From an uncultured Gammaproteobacteria bacterium (lineage in GTDB: Bacteria > Patescibacteriota > Microgenomatia > UBA10105 > UBA927): a stretch of DNA of 64,000 nt. Positions 30,389 through 39,484 of this stretch are shown in pieces. The stretch is taken from contig CAZSTG010000001.1 in the NCBI GenBank assembly GCA_964609895.1, forward strand, positions 141,897-205,896. The letters are read 5' to 3'. The notes under the pieces are model-generated. The model saw nothing but the letters and a program-made list of their open reading frames with translations, ran no database searches and had not been told where the DNA came from. A program made the translations under genes and the position numbers. Positions within the stretch are counted from its first letter, which is position 1, and each line of letters opens with the position of its first letter.

Positions 30389-31283
30389 GGCGCTTTTCAT
30401 TGTTGGTCCTACAGCAACAGGGAAAACCGCATGCGCAGTCGCGCTTGCAAAAAAATATAATGGAGAATTAATTTCGGCAGATTCAAGGCAGGTGTATCGA
30501 GGAATGGATATTGGCACGGGAAAAGACAAAGAGATCTTAGAAGGCATTCCGATGCATATGTATGATGTTGTTCGTCCTGACGAGCCGTTTAATATATCTT
30601 TGTATCAAACGAAAGCTCGTGCGTGTATTGCAGATTGTTTCAAACGAAATACGTTGCCGATTATTGTCGGTGGTTCCGGTCTCTATGTTCATGTATTACT
30701 TCATCCGTTAACCGTGCATGTTGAACCGAATGAGACATTACGGAGTGAGCTTTCTATGCAATCAAAGGAAGCATTGCAGAAAAAATTGCAGGTCGTTGGT
30801 AAAGAATATTGGGAAGCGCTGAACGCGTCTGATAGAGAAAATCCACGACGGCTCATCAGAAAAATTGAGATTGCGCTCGGAAATAAAAAAGAAACCAAAC
30901 AAGAACAGTGTCCATATGATGTATTACAAATTGGATTGCGATTACCTATTGATACATTGTACGCGCGTATTGACAAGCGTGTCGAAAAGCGAGTATCACA
31001 GGGGGTGACAAGTGAAATACAAACATTACTTGATCATGGATATGGATGGGATTTGCCATCGATGAGTAGTCTTGGATACAGGCAGTGGAAACCGTATTTT
31101 GATGGACTTGCGGACAAAACGTCAGTTATCCAAAGGTGGAAATATGATGAGCATGCGTATGCGAGGCGTCAGATGACATGGTTTCGGAAAGATAAAACCA
31201 TTCATTGGTTTGAAAGAGGTGCTACAGGGGTAGAGCAGGAAATAGAGTCACTCGTTCGTTCATGGTATACTAGGGAAGTATGA
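30381..31283 (+). CDS. miaA: tRNA dimethylallyltransferase
   Basis: GPTATGKT, SADSRQVYRGMDIGT.K, YARRQMTWF. Confidence 0.97.
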   Translation: MNKALFIVGPTATGKTACAVALAKKYNGELISADSRQVYRGMDIGTGKDKEILEGIPMHMYDVVRPDEPFNISLYQTKARACIADCFKRNTLPIIVGGSGLYVHVLLHPLTVHVEPNETLRSELSMQSKEALQKKLQVVGKEYWEALNASDRENPRRLIRKIEIALGNKKETKQEQCPYDVLQIGLRLPIDTLYARIDKRVEKRVSQGVTSEIQTLLDHGYGWDLPSMSSLGYRQWKPYFDGLADKTSVIQRWKYDEHAYARRQMTWFRKDKTIHWFERGATGVEQEIESLVRSWYTREV

Positions 31284-32260
31284 TATCGAGAATTGAAATT
31301 TCTCATAAGACCATTGTTTTTACCCTTGTTTTGCTTGCTTCTATTTGGTTGGTATTGCAAATTCGTGACATATTGTTTCTTGTATTTGTTGCATTCATTA
31401 TCATGTCGACGTTTAAACCGTCTGTTGATTGGATGGTGAGTAAACGCATACCACGACTGCTTGCAACGATACTTGTCTACATTGTTGTATTTGGAATTAT
31501 TGGTTTTTCCATTGCATGGACTATTCCATCTGTTGTTGCTGAAATTACAAGTTTTTCACAGGCATTTCCGGCTATCATTGGAAAAATGCTCCCGCATTTG
31601 AATTTGGATTTAAATTCTTTTTCACAGCAACTTGCACCGATTGGTCAAAATATTTTGAAAGTAACCATCAGTATTTTTTCCAACGTGGTTGCCGTCTGTA
31701 TGGTGATGGTGTTTTCGTTCTATTTTCTTCTTGAAAGAAAACATGCGGAAAAAATAGTGACGGGTTTTGTCGGAAGTGAGAAGGCGGCAACGTTTATTGA
31801 TGTGGTTGAACGGATTGAAGGAAGACTGGGTTCATGGATGATGGGGCAGTTGTTTTTGATGATTACGGTTGGATTGCTTTCATATATCGGTCTTGTTTTG
31901 TTGGGAGTCAAGTTTGCCTTGCCGCTTGCAATTATTGCCGGTTTGCTCGAGATTGTTCCCAACATCGGTCCCATCGTATCTGCAATCCCTGCAGTACTCA
32001 TTGCATTGTCAGTATCTCCCGTGAGTGGATTGAGCGTCGGAGTTTTATATTTGGTGATTCAACAACTCGAGAACAACTTAATTGTTCCGCTTGTTATGAA
32101 AAAAAGCGTCGGTTTGTCACCAATTATTACGATATTCTCATTACTTGTCGGAAGTAAACTTGCAGGTATTGCAGGTGCTGTTCTTGCCATTCCGGTTCTT
32201 CTTATTATTCAGGAACTGATTTTAACCCTGACCGGAGAAAAAGAAGAAAAGAAAAATTGA
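31280..32260 (+). CDS. AI-2E family transporter
   Basis: Multi-TM; EIVPNIGP, IQQLENNLIVP.VM, G.AG..LAIP. Confidence 0.9.
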   Translation: MISRIEISHKTIVFTLVLLASIWLVLQIRDILFLVFVAFIIMSTFKPSVDWMVSKRIPRLLATILVYIVVFGIIGFSIAWTIPSVVAEITSFSQAFPAIIGKMLPHLNLDLNSFSQQLAPIGQNILKVTISIFSNVVAVCMVMVFSFYFLLERKHAEKIVTGFVGSEKAATFIDVVERIEGRLGSWMMGQLFLMITVGLLSYIGLVLLGVKFALPLAIIAGLLEIVPNIGPIVSAIPAVLIALSVSPVSGLSVGVLYLVIQQLENNLIVPLVMKKSVGLSPIITIFSLLVGSKLAGIAGAVLAIPVLLIIQELILTLTGEKEEKKN

Positions 32261-32263
32261 CAG

Positions 32264-32632
32264 TGCGCTGAAATAACGGTAAGCCAGATTCTGTCATTGA
32301 AGATCTTCATTTATCTGATGCCCGCATACTTCGATCCTGGCGAATGTGTGCTCATAACGGATCAGTCGTCGGTTGCAGCGAGTGGGATTGCCAACGTTTC
32401 ATACCTTTGGCGTATTCAAGACAATTGCTTGCCCTGATCGTAGCCGAAGGGTCGTCTCTGTGACTCTCTCATCCTGTCAATTCAGGAATCGTACAAACGT
32501 CCTTTCGGACATATGTCACCAGTCCCGATTAAATCGGGATCACCGCTTACGCGGAGTCCTCTCACATTCTGCTGTCTGGACTTTCCTCATCCCAACTTAG
32601 TCGGGACGTAAAGATCTGTTATCTCAGCGCGT
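32264..32632 (-). ncRNA. rnpB: RNase P RNA
   Basis: Minus strand has GAGGAAAGTCCAG near the 5' end and ACAGAATCTGGCTTA near the 3' end (P4 pairing). P1 is GCGCTGAGATAAC/GTTATTTCAGCGC. TGaTATAAT promoter at ~32645-32637. Confidence 0.93.
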
Positions 32633-32695
32633 GCGTATTATATCACCAGAGATCATATTGCGGAAAATCCTGTAGGGGGACATACTGGATATATT

Positions 32696-34222
32696 GTGTT
32701 GGCAAAAATATATTCGGGTGCCATAACGGGATTGACTGCGACACCGGTGACTATTGAGGTTGATATTGCGTCGCAGGGTCTCCCTTCATTTACTATTGTT
32801 GGTCTTCCTGACAAGGCGATTGAAGAAAGCAAAGAGCGGGTGCGGGCTGCCATCAGAAACAGTGGCGCCGAATTTCCCGCGAAGCGGATAACTGTCAATC
32901 TGGCGCCGGCGGATTTGCCGAAAAACGGTCCTGCGTATGACATTCCCATCGCACTCGGGATTCTGTTGGCATCAGGACAGATGAATGCATACAAAGAAAA
33001 AGCGTTTTTTGTCGGGGAAGTGTCATTGGACGGCAGTTTACGTCATACCAACGGCATATTGATGATGGCGATGCTTGCGCGTAAAGAGAAAATACCTGCA
33101 TGTTTTGTTCCGGCTGTGGATGCGTCGGAAGCCGCAGTTATTTCAGGAATAGATATCTATCCGGTTCACACCCTGCTGGCATTATTTCATCACCTGATGG
33201 GTATTGAACTGATACACCCCGTTTTGCATAAAAAATTTGTAGACATGGAATCTTCCAAAAGTTTTGGATTTGATTTTGCGGATATCATGGGGCAGGAAAC
33301 CGCAAAACGGGCAATAGAAATTGCGGTTGCAGGGGGACACAACGTGTTTATGCAGGGTCCGCCGGGTGCTGGCAAGACGATGCTTGCCCGCGCAATTCCT
33401 TCCATTATGCCTAAATTGACAGAAGAGGAGGCGGTGGAGGTGACAAAAATCTATTCCGTAACCGGCAATCTGCCGCAGGGGCAATCGTTCATAACGTACC
33501 GTCCGTTTCGTGCCCCGCATCATACAACGTCGTGTATCGGACTAATCGGCGGAGGGACGCGTCCGACCCCAGGAGAAATTTCACTTGCGCACCGCGGGGT
33601 ATTATTCTGCGATGAATTTCCCGAATTTCCAAGACATGTTCTTGAAGCATTGCGTCAGCCGATGGAAGACGGCATTGTGACTATTGCGAGAGCGGCGTGT
33701 TCAGTCGTGTATCCAGCGCAGTTTATGCTGGTTGCATCCGCAAATCCCTGTCCATGCGGAAATTTCGGATCACCTATAAAACGATGCAGTTGTTCCATGC
33801 AGGCGGTGAACCGATATCGCGCAAGAATCTCAGGACCGATTATGGATAGAATCGATATTCATGTGGCAGTGCCCGCGGTTTCCATGGAACGATTGACGCA
33901 ATCGGCAGCGAAAGCAGAATCTTCTGACAGTATCAGACGGCGTGTTCAAGAAGCACGAGGCAGGCAGGTGAAACGGTACGCTGAAATAAAAACCATGACA
34001 AACGCGGAATTGTCGTCGGGTGCCGTGAAGATTTTTTGTCCGCTTGACGCTAATGCTTCATTGTTTCTTCAGTCTGCAGTCAAAACAATGGGATTATCCG
34101 CACGATCGTTTTACCGCGTCATAAAAGTCGCAAGAACCATAGCGGATCTTGCAGGAGACGCGTCCATTCATGTTGCACATCTTGCGGAAGCGTTGCAATA
34201 TCGTCCGAAAGAACAGGATTGA
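32696..34222 (+). CDS. comM: YifB/ComM family Mg-chelatase-like AAA+ ATPase
   Basis: IVGLPD.AI.ES.ERV, GPPGAGKT, PFRAPHH, GEISLAHRGVLF, NPCPCG, ARTIADL. Confidence 0.93.
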   Translation: MLAKIYSGAITGLTATPVTIEVDIASQGLPSFTIVGLPDKAIEESKERVRAAIRNSGAEFPAKRITVNLAPADLPKNGPAYDIPIALGILLASGQMNAYKEKAFFVGEVSLDGSLRHTNGILMMAMLARKEKIPACFVPAVDASEAAVISGIDIYPVHTLLALFHHLMGIELIHPVLHKKFVDMESSKSFGFDFADIMGQETAKRAIEIAVAGGHNVFMQGPPGAGKTMLARAIPSIMPKLTEEEAVEVTKIYSVTGNLPQGQSFITYRPFRAPHHTTSCIGLIGGGTRPTPGEISLAHRGVLFCDEFPEFPRHVLEALRQPMEDGIVTIARAACSVVYPAQFMLVASANPCPCGNFGSPIKRCSCSMQAVNRYRARISGPIMDRIDIHVAVPAVSMERLTQSAAKAESSDSIRRRVQEARGRQVKRYAEIKTMTNAELSSGAVKIFCPLDANASLFLQSAVKTMGLSARSFYRVIKVARTIADLAGDASIHVAHLAEALQYRPKEQD

Positions 34223-34236
34223 CCCGTAAAACGAAA

Positions 34237-34318
34237 CCCAGCCCCAAAGGGGCTGGGAGGCAGAAAATTCTTACGCGTAAAAATCTGCCCGTAGGACAGA
34301 TTTACCCCCAACGGGGTG
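34237..34318. repeat. Cluster of GC-rich hairpins between convergent genes
   Basis: CCCAGCCCC-AAA-GGGGCTGGG; AAATCTG...CAGATTT; ACCCC-CAAC-GGGGT. Confidence 0.55.
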
Positions 34319-34465
34319 TTACTTTGAGCTACCGATTTTGAACATTCCGGTTCCGCAAGTTGGGCATTTGCCTTTCATTGCCGGTTTGCCGTTTTTCAAG
34401 GTGACTGCAACTGCTGCTGGGTCATCTTTCTTTGCTCGACATTTTACACAATACATTGTTGCCAT
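34319..34465 (-). CDS. Small Zn-ribbon protein, DUF5679-like (48 aa)
   Basis: Translated by hand: MATMYCVKCRAKKDDPAAVAVTLKNGKPAMKGKCPTCGTGMFKIGSSK*. SD GGAGGTGA. Missed by the ORF track. Confidence 0.85.
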   Translation of the reverse strand: MATMYCVKCRAKKDDPAAVAVTLKNGKPAMKGKCPTCGTGMFKIGSSK

Positions 34466-34505
34466 AGTTGTTCTTCACCTCCTTTCATGCTATCAGTACA
34501 CACAT

Positions 34506-34772
34506 TTACTGCAATATACGCGCCAAAAAAAATTCAAATATGAGAAACAGGGAAACAATGCCCACGGTTTTCATCAGATCATTTTTGATTGCGCGGGCTT
34601 CGTCTTCTGGTATCTCCACTATGGATGGTTTCGGTATTTCGGCAGATACAACAGGGAGTGTAAATACGTCGTGGTGAACCTGTGACGGCGCAGAAATGGG
34701 AGTCCCGTCCAAACGTTGGAGTTTTCTTCTGTACTCTGCAATCAGCTTAGCCTTTTTTGTTTTTTTTGGCAT
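34506..34772 (-). CDS. Small hypothetical protein with basic N-terminus and C-terminal TM
   Basis: MPKKTKKAK...IKNDLMKTVGIVSLFLIFEFFL; upstream TTGACA-N18-TACGCT. Confidence 0.65.
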   Translation of the reverse strand: MPKKTKKAKLIAEYRRKLQRLDGTPISAPSQVHHDVFTLPVVSAEIPKPSIVEIPEDEARAIKNDLMKTVGIVSLFLIFEFFLARILQ

Positions 34773-34912
34773 AGGTGTTTGAGGCTAGCGTTGAGCGTAA
34801 CACAGCTTCAAGAGTGTTGTCAACATCCGCTCAATTTTTTGGAAGGAGTCATCAGTTGACATTGGAACTGTTTCCATACTACTATGATGGATACGAAAGG
34901 TGTTCAAGAAAC

Positions 34913-35368
34913 ATGAGTATTGAAAGTATATTAATTGTGATTTTGGGAATTTGGATTACCGTCATCACAGTCTTATTCATTCGCATGAGCGTTCATTATA
35001 ATACACTGACCAAAGGTGTGACTTCGAAAACCATGCAGGATGTTCTCGCCACACTATTGAGTAAACAGGAAATAAATGCAAAAGGAATTCAAAAACTGGA
35101 AAAATCATTATTGGAGGTTGAATCGGATGGACAGCTGCACCTGCAACGTATCGGTATTGTCCGTTTTAATCCGTTTTCAGATACAGGGGGAAGTCAAAGC
35201 TTTACCATTGCAATCTTGGATGGAAAAGATAACGGCATTATCATGACTTCACTCTATGCGAGAACAGGGAATCGGTGGTATATTAAACATATAAAATCGG
35301 GAAGCTGCGCTGATGTTGAACTTTCAAAAGAAGAACAGTCGGCAATTAAAAAGGCACAACCGGTGTAA
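34913..35368 (+). CDS. DUF4446 family protein
   Basis: N-terminal TM, coiled coil, IGIVRFNPFSDTGGSQSF, LSKEE. Confidence 0.85.
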   Translation: MSIESILIVILGIWITVITVLFIRMSVHYNTLTKGVTSKTMQDVLATLLSKQEINAKGIQKLEKSLLEVESDGQLHLQRIGIVRFNPFSDTGGSQSFTIAILDGKDNGIIMTSLYARTGNRWYIKHIKSGSCADVELSKEEQSAIKKAQPV

Positions 35369-35395
35369 TGCTTATCTAAGGAGGAAACACGAGGT

Positions 35396-36580
35396 ATGAA
35401 AAAACAAAATCTGCTCATCAGCGGTATTATTGCAGTTTCACTGTATTTGATTTCAACCGGAGTATCGACGGTTGTTTTTAAGGCTGTCGGCTCCAAAAAA
35501 ACGAACTCGATGACGACACTGCAGGTCGATTCGACAGGGAAAAAACAAAAACATTTTGCGATTGACCCGTCCATTCCCCGTACGGAAGCTTGTCCATTAA
35601 ATGGCAAATTATATACAAAGCAGGAAAAGGAAGTCTGGGAAAAGAGACGACCGCTTGCCGTTATGATTGAAAACCATCAGGAATCACGGCCGCAATCCGG
35701 TCTTTCCTATGCAGATGTGGTATATGAAGCGGTTGCAGAAGGCGGCATTACGCGGTTCATGGGTGTATTTTACTGCGGCATTGCAGCAGAAAATGTAAAT
35801 CTTGCACCTGTGAGAAGCGCACGAACATATTTTTTGCCATGGGTGTTGGAGTATGACGCATTGTATAACCACGTAGGAGGTGCGGGAAACTGCAACGATG
35901 ACACAGTGGATGAGCGGGCAAAGGCATTATGTCAGATCGAAACATACAAAGTTAAGGACATGGATCAGTTTGGTATTTCATTCCCGACCTGTTACAGGAA
36001 TTATGACCGTTTGGATCACACTGTCGCCACAGAGCACACCATGGTATGTCAGACCGATAAACTGATCACTCTTGCGGCATCCCGAGGGTGGACAAATGTA
36101 GACAGCAAAGGGGTTAAGTGGGATGCAAAATTTGAAGAATGGAAATTTAAAGATGATGCAAAAACAGGTGATCTCGGCGACGCGACCAGCATCAGTTTTG
36201 TAGCATGGAAAGGATATGAAAAGGATTACGGAGTGAAGTGGACGTATGATAAGGCAAACAATGTTTATCTTCGCGAAAACGGAGGACAAAAACATCTTGA
36301 TCTGGAAACAGAGGAACAATTGTCGGCAAAGACAATCGTCGTGATGTTTGCAAAGGAAACAGGACCTGTGGATGACCATATGCATTTGTTGTATGGCAAC
36401 ATCGGTACAGGAACAGGACTGTTGTTTGAAGACGGAAAAGCATCAAAGATCACATGGTCGAAACTGGATAGAAGTGCACGCACCGTGTTTTCCGATGCGA
36501 CAACAGGAAAAGAGATTTCATTTAACAAAGGGCAAATTTGGATAGAAATGCTGCCGACCGGAACGTCGGTGACATATTAA
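35396..36580 (+). CDS. DUF3048 (YerB-like) membrane-anchored protein
   Basis: RPLAVMIENH, RPQSGL..AD.VYE..AEGGITRF, PVRSAR.Y. Confidence 0.9.
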   Translation: MKKQNLLISGIIAVSLYLISTGVSTVVFKAVGSKKTNSMTTLQVDSTGKKQKHFAIDPSIPRTEACPLNGKLYTKQEKEVWEKRRPLAVMIENHQESRPQSGLSYADVVYEAVAEGGITRFMGVFYCGIAAENVNLAPVRSARTYFLPWVLEYDALYNHVGGAGNCNDDTVDERAKALCQIETYKVKDMDQFGISFPTCYRNYDRLDHTVATEHTMVCQTDKLITLAASRGWTNVDSKGVKWDAKFEEWKFKDDAKTGDLGDATSISFVAWKGYEKDYGVKWTYDKANNVYLRENGGQKHLDLETEEQLSAKTIVVMFAKETGPVDDHMHLLYGNIGTGTGLLFEDGKASKITWSKLDRSARTVFSDATTGKEISFNKGQIWIEMLPTGTSVTY

Positions 36581-36608
36581 CTGGTTCCTGCCCCGGAAGG
36601 ATGCATGT

Positions 36609-37196
36609 ATGTTGCTTGAAGATATCATCATCTCACGAGTCCGGGTGAAGATGTTGCAGCTGTTTCTCAGTCACCCAGGTGCGATATTTCATGTGCGTGA
36701 TATCGTGAGAAAAATAGGCGAAGAGATCAATGCGGTGCGTCGTGAGTTGTCGCATATGGAAGTGGCGGGAATGCTTTCCAAGGAGCAGCGTGCAAATCGT
36801 CTGTTTTATGGATTTAGGAAAGACTACCCGTTGTACTTTGAGCTGTTGGAGTTGGTGGGAAAAACTTCAGGACTCGGGTATGATATTTTAAAGCACAAGG
36901 CGAAGCTCGGGAAACTGAAGTTTGTCATGATGTCGGGAAGATATCTGAGAGGACTGCAACGGAGAGGATCAACAGACGTTGATATATTGATTGTAGGCAA
37001 TGTAGTGTTGCCGGAATTATCTCAACTCGTCAAAGCGGAAGAGGTTAGGCGCGAGAGGGAATTAAATTACACGGTAATGTCTGAAGAGGAGTTTGCGTTT
37101 AGAAAACGCCGCCGTGATCCATTTGTTCTTTCTGTTCTTTCTGGCTCTCGCGTTATGATTATCGGAGATGAGGAAGAACTGGTTGAATTGTCGTAA
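36609..37196 (+). CDS. Winged-helix plus nucleotidyltransferase-like fold protein
   Basis: SRVRVK.L, REL, N..FY helix-turn-helix region; C-terminal TDVDILIVG and RELNY.VM..EEF. Confidence 0.6.
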   Translation: MLLEDIIISRVRVKMLQLFLSHPGAIFHVRDIVRKIGEEINAVRRELSHMEVAGMLSKEQRANRLFYGFRKDYPLYFELLELVGKTSGLGYDILKHKAKLGKLKFVMMSGRYLRGLQRRGSTDVDILIVGNVVLPELSQLVKAEEVRRERELNYTVMSEEEFAFRKRRRDPFVLSVLSGSRVMIIGDEEELVELS

Positions 37197-37211
37197 CGCC
37201 GTTCATACACT

Positions 37212-38597
37212 ATGAAAAAAACAAAACGAACGTTTGTGCTTCTTGTCTTGCTGGCTTTAGTGCTGACCTTCATTGTCATTCCGGAAAACCTGAAAATAAC
37301 ACTGCCGTTCGGTACAACAAAACAAACCATAACAGTAAATCCTCCGGAAATAAACATCAATATATTTGGGATGAACATCCGGAAAAAATTTACAACCCAT
37401 CTAGGTCTTGATCTTGCCGGCGGAACACAGGTATCACTGGAAGCTGATATGACGGGAATTGCCGATGCGGATAAATTGGACTCGTTGGAATCGGCAAAAC
37501 AGGTGATCGAGCGACGGGTTAATTTTTTCGGCGTTTCGGAACCTATTGTGCAATCGGCTGTCAGTGGTACCGCCTACAGGATTCTTGTAGAACTTCCGGG
37601 GGTAACGGATACCGAAGAAGCACTCACGCTTATCGGACAGACTGCAAATCTGGAATTTAGGGAAATTACAGGAAACGCCGTTGATGCGACAACATCCGCG
37701 TATCTGATACCGACGCTGGAAAATACGGTAAGCGTTGGAATTTCCGGAAAAGATCTGAAAAAATCGTCTATAGAATTCGATACGCAAACAGGAGAACCGC
37801 AGGTGGCTATTCAGTTTACCCCGGAAGGCGCAAAAAAATTCGCCGATGTAACCAAGCGGTTAGTGGGAAAACCCTTGGCGATATTCTTGGATGACATGCT
37901 GGTGACAGCTCCGACGGTGAGTACGGAAATCATCGACGGGCAGGGCGTCATAACAGGCAATTTTACTGTGGAGTCCGCAAAACAGTTATCCATTCAACTG
38001 AATGCCGGCGCGCTTCCTGTTCCGGTGAAAGTGGTTGAAAAACGGACTATTGGTGCGACGCTTGGCGCAGATTCAGTGGCGAAAAGTACGAGAGCGGGTA
38101 TCATAGGACTTGGACTTGTTGCTGTTTTTATGATTATCGAATACGGGTGGCTTGGGTTGCTTGCTGATCTGGCACTTGTCATGTACGGACTTATTACATT
38201 TGCTCTCTACCGGCTGATCCCAGTGACATTGACACTTCCCGGTATTGCTGGTTTTATTCTATCCATTGGTATGGCAGTCGACAGCAATATCCTGATTTTT
38301 TCCCGATATAAAGAGGAACTCCGAAAAGGAAAACCGTGGCACATTGCAATGGAGCTAGGGTTTGGAAAAGCATGGGAAAGCATTAGGGATGCAAACTTTA
38401 CAACCATCATGACATCAATAATATTGTTTAATCCTGCCAACTGGTCATTTTTGCCGACATCAGGACTCGTGAGAGGGTTTGCAGCAACACTATTTATCGG
38501 TGTGGTGACCAGTTTGTTTACGGGCATTGTGGTGACGAGAACATTTATCCGCGTGTTATATAAAGGTCCTCGAGTGAAGAAAGGGGAACAACCATGA
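37212..38597 (+). CDS. secD: Protein translocase subunit SecD
   Basis: LGLDLAGG, GVSEP, LNAGALP, IGMAVDSNIL. Confidence 0.97.
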   Translation: MKKTKRTFVLLVLLALVLTFIVIPENLKITLPFGTTKQTITVNPPEININIFGMNIRKKFTTHLGLDLAGGTQVSLEADMTGIADADKLDSLESAKQVIERRVNFFGVSEPIVQSAVSGTAYRILVELPGVTDTEEALTLIGQTANLEFREITGNAVDATTSAYLIPTLENTVSVGISGKDLKKSSIEFDTQTGEPQVAIQFTPEGAKKFADVTKRLVGKPLAIFLDDMLVTAPTVSTEIIDGQGVITGNFTVESAKQLSIQLNAGALPVPVKVVEKRTIGATLGADSVAKSTRAGIIGLGLVAVFMIIEYGWLGLLADLALVMYGLITFALYRLIPVTLTLPGIAGFILSIGMAVDSNILIFSRYKEELRKGKPWHIAMELGFGKAWESIRDANFTTIMTSIILFNPANWSFLPTSGLVRGFAATLFIGVVTSLFTGIVVTRTFIRVLYKGPRVKKGEQP

Positions 38598-39484
38598 TTC
38601 GGTTTTCCAAATATATCTGGATATATGTCTGCATTTCGGCGCTTGTCCTGATTCCGGGAATATACTCTCTTGTCCGTTTCGGTTTGCGACCGGCGGTAGA
38701 TTTTACCGGAGGAACTCTCCTTGAAATGAAATTTACCAAGCCTGTTGATACGGGAATGATAGAAGCAATTGCAAAACAAGAGCAGTTTCCTCTGATGACA
38801 GTTCAGACGATTGGGGAAACCGCGTACGGAATGCGTGCAGGTGCTGCCACTGATGAAGTAATTACGAGATTTCAAGCAACACTTGCTGCAAAAACCGGAG
38901 ACACAGCACCAGAGTTGTTAAAAAAAGATACGGTTGGTCCTATTTTAGGATCCGAGTTGCTGTTTAAGTCTGTCATTGCGGCATTTCTTGCCATTGCCGC
39001 AATTCTGCTGTATGTCGCATACGCATTTAAAAATATCCGGTTCGGTGTATCTGCAGTTATTGCTCTTGTCCATGACGTTCTTGTGATATTTGGGAGCTTT
39101 TCCTTGTTTGGTCATTTTTTTGGTGTGGAAGTGGATACATTATTTATGACTGCATTTTTAACTACCATGAGCTTTTCCGTGCATGATACCATTGTTATTT
39201 TTGACAGGATCAGGGAATATCGCAAAAAAGATCCGCGCGGAAACATCACGGATATTGCGGATTTGGCGTTAAATGAAACTATGGGGAGATCCCTCATTAA
39301 TTCATTTACCATTATTTTCATGCTGCTTGCACTCGTTTTGATGGGTGGGGAATCAATAAAATGGTTTGCCGTAGCGCTTCTGATTGGTACCATTACAGGA
39401 ACATATTCATCGCCGTTTGTGGCGACTCCCATTATTATTTTATGGGATGTTCTGGAGCAGAAGAAAAAGAAGAGATCGCTGTGA
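38594..39484 (+). CDS. secF: Protein translocase subunit SecF
   Basis: DFTGGT, HDV, SVHDTIVIFDRIRE, GTYSS.F.A. Confidence 0.97.
   Translation: MIRFSKYIWIYVCISALVLIPGIYSLVRFGLRPAVDFTGGTLLEMKFTKPVDTGMIEAIAKQEQFPLMTVQTIGETAYGMRAGAATDEVITRFQATLAAKTGDTAPELLKKDTVGPILGSELLFKSVIAAFLAIAAILLYVAYAFKNIRFGVSAVIALVHDVLVIFGSFSLFGHFFGVEVDTLFMTAFLTTMSFSVHDTIVIFDRIREYRKKDPRGNITDIADLALNETMGRSLINSFTIIFMLLALVLMGGESIKWFAVALLIGTITGTYSSPFVATPIIILWDVLEQKKKKRSL

Noticed and set aside
34338-34685. 115-aa plus-strand ORF
   Set aside because: It is antisense to the Zn-ribbon gene (strong SD, CxxC pairs) and the 88-aa gene.
39435-39484. secF/cca convergent overlap as a regulatory system
   Set aside because: A ~50-nt tail-to-tail overlap is common in compact genomes and there is no further evidence.
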